Origin: Treponemataceae bacterium
Lineage (GTDB): Bacteria > Spirochaetota > Spirochaetia > Treponematales > Rectinemataceae
Direction: 5' to 3'
Assembly: GCA_963678065.2 (NCBI GenBank)
Contig: CAXXVZ010000003.1
Location: 1,696,001-1,760,000, forward strand
DNA: 64,000 bases
Shown here: positions 41,827-51,495 of the stretch, piece after piece
Position numbering within the stretch: position 1 is the first letter of the stretch
Layout: each line of letters opens with the position of its first letter
Position numbers and translations under genes: made by a program
Notes under the pieces: generated by a model
Seen by the model: the letters and a program-made list of their open reading frames with translations, nothing else
Database searches by the model: none
Told to the model about the DNA's origin: nothing

Positions 41827-42915
41827 ATGAGCATCAGTGTTGGCGTTGATCTTCACAAGACGCAGTTCACGATGTTCGCCCGCGTGGGCGAAGGTTTTTT
41901 CGGGAAGTACCTGACGACAGAGGACGGATATGAAGCGTTCTTGGCGCGAATCAGGGTGTGGCGAAAGGAAGGGCAGTCGGTGCGGGTGGGCGTCGAGTCG
42001 ACCGGCAATACGAGGTACTTCAAAAACAGGATGGAGCGAGAGGGCATCGAAGTGAGAGTGATCAACACGCTCAAGTTCAAAGTCGTCAACGAATCGGTGA
42101 AGAAGACCGATCGTCACGACGCCGCGACCATCGCGGAGTTTCTCGAGAAAGACATGCTTCCTGAGTCTCATCTCTGCTCCGAGGCGAGTGAGCAGCTACG
42201 ACGACTCTTGAAGGTTCGTACGACATTGGTTCGGACTATCGTGACGGTGAAGAACCAGATTCACGGGCTATTAATCGGGCTGGGGATGCAGGATTCCAAA
42301 GCCAGTCTGCAAAGCAAGCGAGGGCGCCAGAAGATTCTGGACACCCTCGCAGGAGCGGACAACGGACTCGTGGTCCAACCGCTGTTCGAAACGATAGATC
42401 GGCTCGAAGAGAACGTCAAGATTGTGGAACGCGAGCTCGAGGCTCTGACGGGAAAAGATCGAGCGGTCGAACTTCTCCAGACGATTCCCGGCTGCGGCAA
42501 AGTGACGGCATGGACGATCCGCGCCTTCACGGACGACATCGGGCGTTTCGAATCATTTAGGAACTATTCCGCCTTCGCGGGCCTCGTTCCATGGGTCCAA
42601 TGCTCGAACACCACCGAGCACTACGGCCGGATCACGAAGCGTGGCCCCGAGGAACTCCGGACGGCATTGGTCCAGCTGGTGCTCGGGATGCGAAGAAGCA
42701 AGCAGACGTTATCCTGGCGACTGATGGAACGCTACGCGAGAATGAGACACGAGAAAGGGACGGGAAGAACGATCATCGCGACCGCCCGAAGGATTTCCAG
42801 GATCATCTGGTGCATGTTGACTGCTGACGAGCCTTTCGATCCTAGTCTCATGATCGATAAACGACTGAGCAAAAAGGCGGATTCCATGCGGGCCGCCCTG
42901 AGGATAACCGCATGA
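41827..42915 (+). CDS. IS110-family DEDD transposase/recombinase
   Basis: VGVDLHK, VESTG, KTDRHDA, TIPGCG, FAGLVP..CSN..ITKRGP. Confidence 0.93.
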   Translation: MSISVGVDLHKTQFTMFARVGEGFFGKYLTTEDGYEAFLARIRVWRKEGQSVRVGVESTGNTRYFKNRMEREGIEVRVINTLKFKVVNESVKKTDRHDAATIAEFLEKDMLPESHLCSEASEQLRRLLKVRTTLVRTIVTVKNQIHGLLIGLGMQDSKASLQSKRGRQKILDTLAGADNGLVVQPLFETIDRLEENVKIVERELEALTGKDRAVELLQTIPGCGKVTAWTIRAFTDDIGRFESFRNYSAFAGLVPWVQCSNTTEHYGRITKRGPEELRTALVQLVLGMRRSKQTLSWRLMERYARMRHEKGTGRTIIATARRISRIIWCMLTADEPFDPSLMIDKRLSKKADSMRAALRITA

Positions 42916-42983
42916 TGCCGGCGTAGCCGGGCAATTTCGGATTCGTGTCGACCACCCGGTTGACATTTTATAGGAGAAGGATC

Positions 42984-44876
42984 ATGAAGAAACTATTCTG
43001 TGCTGCGCTATCGATCTGCCTTCTGTTGAGCGCAAGCGCAGCCTTCGCGCTCGACTACAAGCAGCATTTCGACAACAATGCCACGTTCGAGACCCTGAAA
43101 GAGGCCCACACCAACGGAGCCTTGTACCTGAGTTCGGCTACCGGCAGGACCTATGTGCCCGATCCGGCGCTGGACAGCTACCCGGATGAAACCACCTATG
43201 TCTATCGTTCCGCCAGGATGTATACCTGCCTGAGCGCCGCCAACCGCATGAACACCACCATCCTGCTGTACTCGGACAAATCCTTCAACGGCAAGGAAGC
43301 GGCCCTGTCCTACATAAAGAGCCTGGGACTGACCGACATCATCGACAAGGCCTATGGCAGCGTGGTGCTGGTAACCCCTATCGACAAGAAAGGCGGCTTC
43401 GGCGCCGCCGACCAGTATGCCTACTACCAGCTGCAGTCCGCCATGGCCAACATCGACTTCTCAAAGAAGGTAGATGACAAGACCACCGTGTATTATGCGG
43501 ATGGCCCGTATTTCGGGGGCCAGACGTACCGCTACCTCATCGGCGTCGACGGCGGGGCTACCTTCCTGAACAACTATGTAGCCAGCACCTTCGACTACGT
43601 CAGCAGGATAGCGGGCATGCTCCTCGTCAACGGCAAGATGGAAAAGGTTCGGAAGGTCGCCTCGAGCGTTCCCGTGTACCTGGTGAACGCTTCCGATGAA
43701 ATCGTCGAGAAGTATAAGGAAGCCAACGGCACGAATGCCTCAGGCTACGAGCGTGGATTCCGCTACTACTTCAACCAGGCAAAGAGCCTGGAGAAGGTCG
43801 TCGTCAACCAGGACGCCAAGCTCGGCGCCGACTTGGTCAGCGACGTGTACAACACTTTCTTCATCAAGGCCATGCGCATTCCCGTGCTCAAGGCCGGCCT
43901 CAACGCCGCTTCCACCGTATACAACAATTACAGCTACAATCAGGCTCCCTACTCCCTGTGTGAGCGGAACGCCATCATCGACGGCAGGACGAAGGACGGG
44001 ATCAACGTCATCGAGCACAAAGAGGACAGCTTCAAGAGCATCGCCACCAAGACAGGCGAGTACATCCAGACCTGGTTCGAGATCCTGCCCGACGAGGTGC
44101 TGAACAACACCGCGCAGGCGGGCACCGTTCCCCTTTGGCTTTCCTGCCACGGCGGCGGCGACGACCCCGTGCAGTTCACGGACGAGATCGGTCTTCTCAA
44201 ACTGGCCGGCGAGGAGCGCTTCGCCATGGTCGCGCCCTCCTATCAGAACGTCTATTCCGACAGCGTAGTCTGCGGAAAAGCCATGTGTGCCACAGTGGAG
44301 ATGATGCTCAAGAAATACCCGGCCCTGGATGCCTCGCGCGTCTACGTGACCGGCTACTCCATGGGCGGCGGGACTACGGTGACTTCCTTCATGAATGATG
44401 TCAGGATGTTCGCCGCCGCCATACCGATGGCTGCCGGCTCACTGAAAGGCACCGACGATCAGATCGCCAGTTTGAACAAATACGGCCTGGCCTTCATGCA
44501 GCTCACCTCTTTTTATGACCCGGTGGCCTTCAATGCCGCGACCGGCACCCCAAAAGAGATGGTTGAAATCAACATGAACGCCTATCTGAGGTTCAACAAG
44601 ATCAACAGGACCATCGATAAGTTCGATTACGCGACTTATCCTGTCAGCGGCTATAAGGCGGATCGCTATATCGAAAGCACGTTGAACGGCGAATATACCA
44701 ACAAGCGCTGGTTTTTCATGAACGAGGAGGGAGCCCCCCTGGTTGGCTTCTGCTTTACCGACGATCTCATCCATGCCCTGTATCCGGAGTATGGATATAT
44801 GGCCTGGGATTTCGCCAAGCACTTCTCCCGCGACAAGGCTACGGGGAAGATTCTCTATACCCCTTTTGTCAAGTAA
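42984..44876 (+). CDS. Secreted alpha/beta-hydrolase, array copy 8, type B
   Basis: MKKLFCAAL signal peptide; HGGGDD, GYSMGG, HALYPEY. Confidence 0.8.
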   Translation: MKKLFCAALSICLLLSASAAFALDYKQHFDNNATFETLKEAHTNGALYLSSATGRTYVPDPALDSYPDETTYVYRSARMYTCLSAANRMNTTILLYSDKSFNGKEAALSYIKSLGLTDIIDKAYGSVVLVTPIDKKGGFGAADQYAYYQLQSAMANIDFSKKVDDKTTVYYADGPYFGGQTYRYLIGVDGGATFLNNYVASTFDYVSRIAGMLLVNGKMEKVRKVASSVPVYLVNASDEIVEKYKEANGTNASGYERGFRYYFNQAKSLEKVVVNQDAKLGADLVSDVYNTFFIKAMRIPVLKAGLNAASTVYNNYSYNQAPYSLCERNAIIDGRTKDGINVIEHKEDSFKSIATKTGEYIQTWFEILPDEVLNNTAQAGTVPLWLSCHGGGDDPVQFTDEIGLLKLAGEERFAMVAPSYQNVYSDSVVCGKAMCATVEMMLKKYPALDASRVYVTGYSMGGGTTVTSFMNDVRMFAAAIPMAAGSLKGTDDQIASLNKYGLAFMQLTSFYDPVAFNAATGTPKEMVEINMNAYLRFNKINRTIDKFDYATYPVSGYKADRYIESTLNGEYTNKRWFFMNEEGAPLVGFCFTDDLIHALYPEYGYMAWDFAKHFSRDKATGKILYTPFVK

Positions 44877-44939
44877 TTCCTGAGTGGAGCGCCCCTTGGG
44901 GGGCGGCGATATTGTCGACATAATAGGAGGGCTTAGCCC

Positions 44940-46871
44940 ATGTCCAAGAAACGAATCTCGTTCGTAATCACGCTGGCGCTCGCGGCGGCACTGGTGCTGC
45001 CCCTGAGCGTCTTCGCGCTCAACTACTCAGGCAGCCAGGGAAACACCGCCACCTTTGAGACCCTCGAGGAAACCCGCCTCAGCAGCCCCAAAGCCGTCGC
45101 CAACCTCGAGACCAACGTCGGCAAGGCCTTCAAGTCCCACCCCGTCCTCGACGCCTACCCCAAGGGCACGACCTATGTCTATCGTTCGCCCAATCTCAAC
45201 GGGGGAAGAGCCGCCGCCAGGCTCAACACCGACATCCTGGTCTTTGCCGAGAAAGCCTTCGCCGACAAGGGCGCCGCCCTCAAGTACATCGATGACCTTG
45301 GCCTGATCGACATCATCAACCAGGCCATCGGCAGCGTCATCCTCGTCACCCCGGCCGATCTCAAGGCAGGCTTCGGACAGGCCGACCAGAAGAACTACTA
45401 CGCCCTCCAGACCGCCATGCTCGCCCAGAAGGCTTCGGAGAGAGCTGGCACGGTCACGACCTACTACTCCGACGCCGAGTACTTCGGCGGTTTCGGCTAC
45501 ACCTACGTGATCGGCATCGACGGCGGAGCCACCTTCCTGAACAACTACGTCGCCGGCACCTTCGACTACGTCAGCAGGATAGCCGGCATGCTCCTGGTCA
45601 ACGGCAAGATGGACAGCATCCGCGCCGTCGCCTCCCTGGTCCCGACCTACCTGGTCAACGCCCCTGACTCGGTCGTGGAGAAGTACAAGAAGGCCAACGG
45701 CACCGACGCCTACGCCAGGACTGGCGAGGTCGAGACCTTCTACAACCAGGCGCTTCCGCTCAAGAAGGTCGTGGTCGCAAGCGATGCGTATCCCGACCTG
45801 GGGAAGTACATCAAGGACGCCTACTACAACCTCTTCATCAAGGCCATGCGCGTCCCCGTCGTCAAGGGTGGCTTGTACACTGCATCGACTCCATACCAGG
45901 GCTATGGTCTTGATCAAGCACCCTATTCCCTCTGCGACAGGAACGCTGTGATAAATGGAGCAACTGAAGACGGGATCCAATTCCTTCGCCGCACTGATGA
46001 GCGCTTCGGCGACGTCAAGACAATCGATGGCGAATACTTGCAGACTTGGTTCGAGTATCTCCCCAAAGAGGTATTGAATAATACTGCTCCTAAAGGAAGC
46101 GTCCCGCTCATACTCGCGATGCATGGCAGCGGGGACGATCCTCGCGGATTTGTCGACGAAGCTGGCTTGCTCGAAATTGCGGGCAAGGAACGTCTCGCTG
46201 TTGTGGCTCCAGAGCATCAATATATTTTCTGGACACAGCAGGGGAACAAGTATCTGGAAGGCATAGAATTAACCGTTATCCCTCGTTTGGTGCGATACGT
46301 ACTCAAGACCTACCCCGCCTTGGATCCCTCCCGCGTCTATGTAACAGGCTATTCCATGGGAGGGTATGCAACGTTCAAGGCAGTCCACGGTGACGCATCA
46401 CTATTCGCCGCAGCGGTGGCCATGGCCGGTATGGGCTATACACCAACTGAGGAACAAGCAGCACAATTCGATAAGATCGATATGCCCATCATGATGACTA
46501 CTTCAACAAACGATCTAGGCGTCGTATTCGATCAATCTGTATGGGGCATCGGTTCAAGTTATCAAGGCCAACTTCCGCTCTTCCTCGGATATAACGGCAT
46601 GAAAAAAATAGAAAAATTCGATTTCGCTTCCTATCCAGTTTCTGGATTCAAGGCTGACAAGGTCGTGAGCCTGCGGCTCAACGGAGAATACGGGAATACC
46701 ACGTGGTATCTCAACAACGACAAGGGCGTGCCTATGGTGGCCCTTACCGTGACCGAGAACCTCGTCCACGCCCTCTACCCCGAATACGCCAAGCTCATGT
46801 GGGAATTCGCCAAGCACTATTCCCGCAACCAAGGCACCGGGGCAATTGAGTACGCTCCCTTCGTCCGGTAG
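44940..46871 (+). CDS. Secreted alpha/beta-hydrolase, array copy 9, type A (mosaic)
   Basis: Signal peptide; HGSGDD, GYSMGG, HALYPEY. Confidence 0.8.
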   Translation: MSKKRISFVITLALAAALVLPLSVFALNYSGSQGNTATFETLEETRLSSPKAVANLETNVGKAFKSHPVLDAYPKGTTYVYRSPNLNGGRAAARLNTDILVFAEKAFADKGAALKYIDDLGLIDIINQAIGSVILVTPADLKAGFGQADQKNYYALQTAMLAQKASERAGTVTTYYSDAEYFGGFGYTYVIGIDGGATFLNNYVAGTFDYVSRIAGMLLVNGKMDSIRAVASLVPTYLVNAPDSVVEKYKKANGTDAYARTGEVETFYNQALPLKKVVVASDAYPDLGKYIKDAYYNLFIKAMRVPVVKGGLYTASTPYQGYGLDQAPYSLCDRNAVINGATEDGIQFLRRTDERFGDVKTIDGEYLQTWFEYLPKEVLNNTAPKGSVPLILAMHGSGDDPRGFVDEAGLLEIAGKERLAVVAPEHQYIFWTQQGNKYLEGIELTVIPRLVRYVLKTYPALDPSRVYVTGYSMGGYATFKAVHGDASLFAAAVAMAGMGYTPTEEQAAQFDKIDMPIMMTTSTNDLGVVFDQSVWGIGSSYQGQLPLFLGYNGMKKIEKFDFASYPVSGFKADKVVSLRLNGEYGNTTWYLNNDKGVPMVALTVTENLVHALYPEYAKLMWEFAKHYSRNQGTGAIEYAPFVR

Positions 46872-48011
46872 GCGAGAAGTCTTCAGCAATGGCGAAGTCG
46901 CGGAAGGCGAAATCTGCGCCAGCCTTCCGCGACCCGGTTTGGGGCGCAGGTAGAACAGGCGATATTGATGGCGACATCAATACGTATACGGATACCCAAT
47001 GGAGGGAAGAAACATGTCCAAGAAGCGAATCTCGTTCGTGATCGCTCTGGCGCTGGCGGCGGCACTTTTGCTGCCCGTGAGCGTCTTCGCGCTCAACTAT
47101 TCAGGGAGCCAAGGGAACGCCGCCACCTTCGAAACCCTCGAGGAAACCCGCCTCAGCAGCCCGGCTGCCGTCGCCAACCTCGAGACCAACGTCGGAAAGC
47201 CCTTCAAGTCCCACCCCGTCCTCGACGGCTACCCCAAGGGCACAACCTACGTCTATCGCTCGGCAGAGATGTACGGCGGACGGGCCGCGGCCAGGCTCAA
47301 CACCAACATCCTGGTATTCTCCGACCAATCCTTTGCCGGCAAGGCCCCTGCCCTCAACTACCTCAAGGACCTCGGACTCATCAAGATCATCGACCAGGCG
47401 ATCGGCAGTGTCATCCTCGTCACCCCCGCCGATCCCATGGCGGGCTTCGGCCAGGCCGACCAGAAGAACTACTACGCCCTCCAGACAGCCATGCTCGCCC
47501 AGAAGGCCTCCGAAACCTCCGGCAAGATAACGACCTACTACTCCGACGCCGAGTACTTAGGCGGCTACGGCTACACCTACGTCATCGGCATCAACGGCGG
47601 AGCTACCTTCCTGAACAACTACGTGGCCGGCACCTTCGACTACGTCAGCAGGATAGCGGGCATGCTCCTGGTCAACGGCAAGATGGACAGCATCCGCAAC
47701 GTCGCTTCCCTGGTCCCGGCCTACCTGGTCAACGCCCCGGACTCGGTCGTTGAGAAGTACAGGAAGGCCAACGGCACCGACGCCTACGCCAGGGAAGGCG
47801 GGGTCGAGACCTACTCCAACCAGGCCTTCCCCCTCAGGAAGGTCGTCGTCAACAACGACGTGACCGCAAACTTGGCCTCCATCGTCAGCGACGCCTACTA
47901 CAACCTGTTCATCAAGGCCATGCGCGTCCCTGTCGTGCTGCAGGGGCTCTATACCGCCGCCACCCCCTACCAGGGCTACAACTTCGACGAGGCGCCCTAT
48001 TCCCTCTGCGA
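46644..48011 (+). repeat. Near-identical ~1.37 kb direct repeat of 27630-28997
   Basis: Constant offset 19014 across gene tail, intergenic region and next gene's 5' half. Confidence 0.9.
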
Positions 48012-48915
48012 GCGCAACGCGCTGATCAGCGGCGAGACAAAGAACGGGATTAGCTTGATCGCGCATAATGGCGAAAAACGCTTCGCGAGCATGAAATCCC
48101 AGAGTGGCGAATACCTCGATACTTGGTACGAATATCTCCCCAAGGAAGTGCTTAACAACACCGCCCCGAAGGGAAGCATCCCCCTCATCCTCGGCAACCA
48201 TGGCGGCGGAGACGATCCCCGCCTGTACATCGACGAAATGGGAATCCTGGCCCTTGCGGGAAATGAACGCCTCGCTGTTGTCGCAGCCGACCACAACAGC
48301 CTCAGCAACGATGTCAGGGGCCCCGCCCTGGCAGCGCTCGTCAAATACATGCTGGCGACCTATCCGTCGCTGGATCCTTCACGTGTCTACGCCATAGGCT
48401 ACTCCATGGGTGGCGGGGCGACGTACACGGTGTCGTATTACCAGCCCAGCCTATTCGCGGCCGTGGCCCCTGTGGCGGGCACGAATATCGAGCCCACCCA
48501 AGAAGAAGTCGCCAAGTTCGCGAGCTGCCAACTCCCGATTTATCTTTCAACCTCTTCGTACGACGTACGCCGTCTCCAGGAAGCCTGTGGAAGGATCAAC
48601 GACAACCTCGCCAACCAGGTAAAGCGCTGGTCTGGTTTTAACGGCATCGCGCCATTCGCGTTCGATTTTGTCACCTATCCGCTCTCAGGCTTCAAAGGGG
48701 ATTCCTTCACCATTCGGACATTGAATGGCGAATACGCGTCCTATACCTGGTATCTGAACAATGCTAATGGGGTCCCTATGGTAGCGCTCAACTACGTCCA
48801 GGATCTTATCCACGCGCTGTATCCCGAGTACGCAAATATCGCCTGGGAATACATGAAGCATTTTTCCAGGAACCAGCAGACTGGCGGAATCCAGTTTAAC
48901 CCGCACATAAAATAA
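47014..48915 (+). CDS. Secreted alpha/beta-hydrolase, array copy 10, type A
   Basis: Signal peptide; HGGGDD, GYSMGG, HALYPEY. Confidence 0.8.
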   Translation: MSKKRISFVIALALAAALLLPVSVFALNYSGSQGNAATFETLEETRLSSPAAVANLETNVGKPFKSHPVLDGYPKGTTYVYRSAEMYGGRAAARLNTNILVFSDQSFAGKAPALNYLKDLGLIKIIDQAIGSVILVTPADPMAGFGQADQKNYYALQTAMLAQKASETSGKITTYYSDAEYLGGYGYTYVIGINGGATFLNNYVAGTFDYVSRIAGMLLVNGKMDSIRNVASLVPAYLVNAPDSVVEKYRKANGTDAYAREGGVETYSNQAFPLRKVVVNNDVTANLASIVSDAYYNLFIKAMRVPVVLQGLYTAATPYQGYNFDEAPYSLCERNALISGETKNGISLIAHNGEKRFASMKSQSGEYLDTWYEYLPKEVLNNTAPKGSIPLILGNHGGGDDPRLYIDEMGILALAGNERLAVVAADHNSLSNDVRGPALAALVKYMLATYPSLDPSRVYAIGYSMGGGATYTVSYYQPSLFAAVAPVAGTNIEPTQEEVAKFASCQLPIYLSTSSYDVRRLQEACGRINDNLANQVKRWSGFNGIAPFAFDFVTYPLSGFKGDSFTIRTLNGEYASYTWYLNNANGVPMVALNYVQDLIHALYPEYANIAWEYMKHFSRNQQTGGIQFNPHIK

Positions 48916-49010
48916 GTTAGCCTTACCGCCGTACCACAAAAAGCTAGCTTACTGAGGGAGGACAAAAGCGTGCTTACAACCACACTACCTCTTAAAAGGA
49001 GATACTCAAG

Positions 49011-50912
49011 ATGAAAAAACTGCTCAGCCTGTTTCTGATACTGTACGTGATGATTCCCATCAGCGCATTCGCGCTCAACTATAAGCTGCATCTGCCCAAC
49101 GATGCCACCTTCGAAACCATGGAAGAAGCGCACGCGAATGGCTCGGCATGGCTGGCGAAAGTCACCGGGCGCCCCTATGCTCCCGATCCCGCGATGGACA
49201 GCTACCCTGTGGGCACTTCATGGGTGTATCGCGCCCCCGGCATGTACACCTGCATGACCGCCGCGCTGCGCATGAACACCAACTTCCTGGTGTACACCGA
49301 CAAGTCGTTTGCATCCAAGAACGATGCGTATGCGTACATCAAGGACATGGGGCTGGTGGATACCGTAAACGCATGCTACGGCAGCATCGTGCTGGTCACC
49401 CCCATCGACAAGAAAGCGGGCTTTGGCGACGCCGACCAGTATGCGTTCTATCAACTGCAGAGCGCCATGTGCAACTTGACCTATGCGGCCGGCACACGCG
49501 GCAAGCCCGATTTTGCCTATTATGCCGATAACTCCTACTACGGCGGCCTGACCTACCGCTACGCCATTGGCATTGGCGGCGGCGCGAACTTCCTGAACGA
49601 CTATGTCGCCTCCACCCTGGACTACGTTTCCCGCATGGCGGGTATGCTGCTGATTAACGGCAAAATGGACGCCGTCCGCGAGGTTGCCTCTCCTGTGCCC
49701 GTTTACCTGGTCAACCCCGGCGATGGCGTTGTGGAAAAATACAAAGCGGGCAACCGTACCGATGCTTCGGGGTATGAAGGCGATACGCAAATCTTCTTCA
49801 ACCAGCAGCTTCCCCTGCGGAAGGTGTGCGTGGAGCAGATCAAGAACATCGATCTGAAGGCGATGGTGGCGAAGGTGTATGAAGGCCTGTTCGTCAAGAC
49901 CTTCCGCAACGCCGTGGCCAACCCCTCGCTCTACACCCCCGGCACCCCCTACCGCAATTACAACTGGAACAAGGCCCCCTATTCGCTGGGCGCGCGCGTG
50001 GCTTTCTATACTGGCAAGACCGCGGGCGGACTTTGCGTGGCGGAGCACTTTGAGGAGCGCTTCGCCGACATAAAGACGACAACGGGCGAGTACCTGCAAA
50101 CCTGGTTCGAGGTCCTGCCCCAGGAAGCGCTGGACGGCACGGCGGTGAAGGCTTCCATCCCGCTGATTCTGGCCATCCACGGCGGCGGTGACGATGCCCT
50201 GCAGTTTGTGGACGAAACCGGCCTTCTGCCCATCGCCGAAAAGGAGCGCATTGCCATCGTCGCGCCCAACAACAGCGTGCTCGCCGTTGACAACGTGGCC
50301 ATGCCTGCGCTGGTGCGCTATATGCTGGCCGCCTATCCCGCGCTGGACGCTTCCCGCGTATATGTGACGGGCTACTCCACCGGCGGCATGGGCACGTGCG
50401 CCGCCACCTACGGCGCTCCGGAGCTCTTTGCGGCGAGCGTGCCCATGGCGGCGGGCAACCCCCCTTCAGCAACAATGCCCACTGGTAAGTACGACCCCAC
50501 CGATGCTCAGGTTGCCAATATCGCCAAGTACGATATGCCCATCATGATCATGTGTTCCACGTATGAAGGTTTCTTCGATCGCAATGTCGGCGGCCTGGAT
50601 GCGCGGTATCAGACCTATCTGACCACCTTCCTGTCCGGCAACCACATGGATCCCATCACATTCGACTTTGCAACCTACCCCAGGTCCGGCTTCAAGGCTG
50701 ATAGGTACTCCCGCACCGTGCTCAACGGCGAATATGTCGCCAACAATTGGGTGCTAAATAAGAACGGCATCCCCATGTTGAGCCTGAACATCACCGAAGG
50801 TCTGCCCCATGGCCTGTATCAGGAATACGGCGTGCTGGGCTGGAACTTCATGAAGCACTACGCCCGCGATCCGAAAACCGGCAAACTGAGGTATAACGTC
50901 AACGGTTTCTAA
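49011..50912 (+). CDS. Secreted alpha/beta-hydrolase, array copy 11, type B (most divergent)
   Basis: Signal peptide; HGGGDD, GYSTGG, HGLYQEY. Confidence 0.8.
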   Translation: MKKLLSLFLILYVMIPISAFALNYKLHLPNDATFETMEEAHANGSAWLAKVTGRPYAPDPAMDSYPVGTSWVYRAPGMYTCMTAALRMNTNFLVYTDKSFASKNDAYAYIKDMGLVDTVNACYGSIVLVTPIDKKAGFGDADQYAFYQLQSAMCNLTYAAGTRGKPDFAYYADNSYYGGLTYRYAIGIGGGANFLNDYVASTLDYVSRMAGMLLINGKMDAVREVASPVPVYLVNPGDGVVEKYKAGNRTDASGYEGDTQIFFNQQLPLRKVCVEQIKNIDLKAMVAKVYEGLFVKTFRNAVANPSLYTPGTPYRNYNWNKAPYSLGARVAFYTGKTAGGLCVAEHFEERFADIKTTTGEYLQTWFEVLPQEALDGTAVKASIPLILAIHGGGDDALQFVDETGLLPIAEKERIAIVAPNNSVLAVDNVAMPALVRYMLAAYPALDASRVYVTGYSTGGMGTCAATYGAPELFAASVPMAAGNPPSATMPTGKYDPTDAQVANIAKYDMPIMIMCSTYEGFFDRNVGGLDARYQTYLTTFLSGNHMDPITFDFATYPRSGFKADRYSRTVLNGEYVANNWVLNKNGIPMLSLNITEGLPHGLYQEYGVLGWNFMKHYARDPKTGKLRYNVNGF

Positions 50913-51139
50913 GGGAGCACGAAGTTGATCCCACGCGCGATGGTGAGATGTCTTTTGGTCAGACAGAACGCAGAGGACGGATTGGCATCCGCCGACACGC
51001 GCGGGATATATTCAGTGATTCTCTGATTTCTCATTGATCTTCGCGGCCGGGAGCGCAATCTCCCGGCCTTATATGGTAGCGGAGACTTCTCTCCTAGTTC
51101 TCTTGCGGGAAGACTGAGCCAGTGTTGACTTGTGAAAGT

Positions 51140-51330
51140 TGAGTCACCCCGGGTTTTCCGGAGACCGGAATTTTTGAGAGGATACGGCCATGGAAAAGAG
51201 AAACAACCGGTTTTCACCCGAGGTACAGGAACGGTCCGTTCGGCGTGTAGCTGAACAGCGAGGAGAGCATGAGCCGCAGTGGGCGACAATCTGTGCTGTC
51301 GTAGCCGATGATAAATTGCGGGACAATTGA
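51140..51330 (+). mobile_element. Truncated IS3-family (IS629/IS3411-like) remnant
   Basis: Left IR-like TGAGTCACCCCGGGTTTTCCGGAGAC; OrfA start MEKRNNRFSPEVQERSVRRVAEQRGEHEPQWATIC at 51190. Confidence 0.7.
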
Positions 51331-51427
51331 CCGTAGGATATAACATAAAGAGGTCGGTGCTGATGGAGAAGGCCTGAAGGGGAACCTTCTCGTTAAAAGT
51401 TTTATTGTTCCATTGCTAATGCTAAAT

Positions 51428-51472
51428 AAAAGGGGGCTACCTTGGATACTGTCCAAGACAGCCCCCTTTTTT
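51428..51472. terminator. Bidirectional intrinsic terminator
   Basis: AAAAGGGGGCT..CTTGGA-TACTG-TCCAAG..AGCCCCCTTTTTT between convergent units. Confidence 0.8.
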
Positions 51473-51495
51473 CGAGATCAGGTTGTAACTGCGCG

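Larger units (their letters stand above)
40319..42976 (+). mobile_element. IS110-family insertion sequence (contains nested IS3)
   Basis: Subterminal IRs ATAAAACGTCAACCGGGT (40324-40341) / ACCCGGTTGACATTTTAT (42954-42971), 17/18 match; AGGAG at both junctions; DEDD transposase. Confidence 0.8.

Noticed and set aside
26166..50180. Long antisense ORFs opposite array genes (e.g. 28087-29880)
   Set aside because: Shadow frames from C/G-ending codon bias; no recognisable motifs
25914..50912. Diversity-generating retroelement or shufflon as the array's diversifier
   Set aside because: No reverse transcriptase or tyrosine/serine invertase in the window, no template/variable repeat pair with adenine-specific differences noticed, and all genes are co-oriented
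25914..50912. Integron cassette array
   Set aside because: No integron integrase; spacers do not share recognisable attC ends; the genes are paralogs rather than unrelated cassettes
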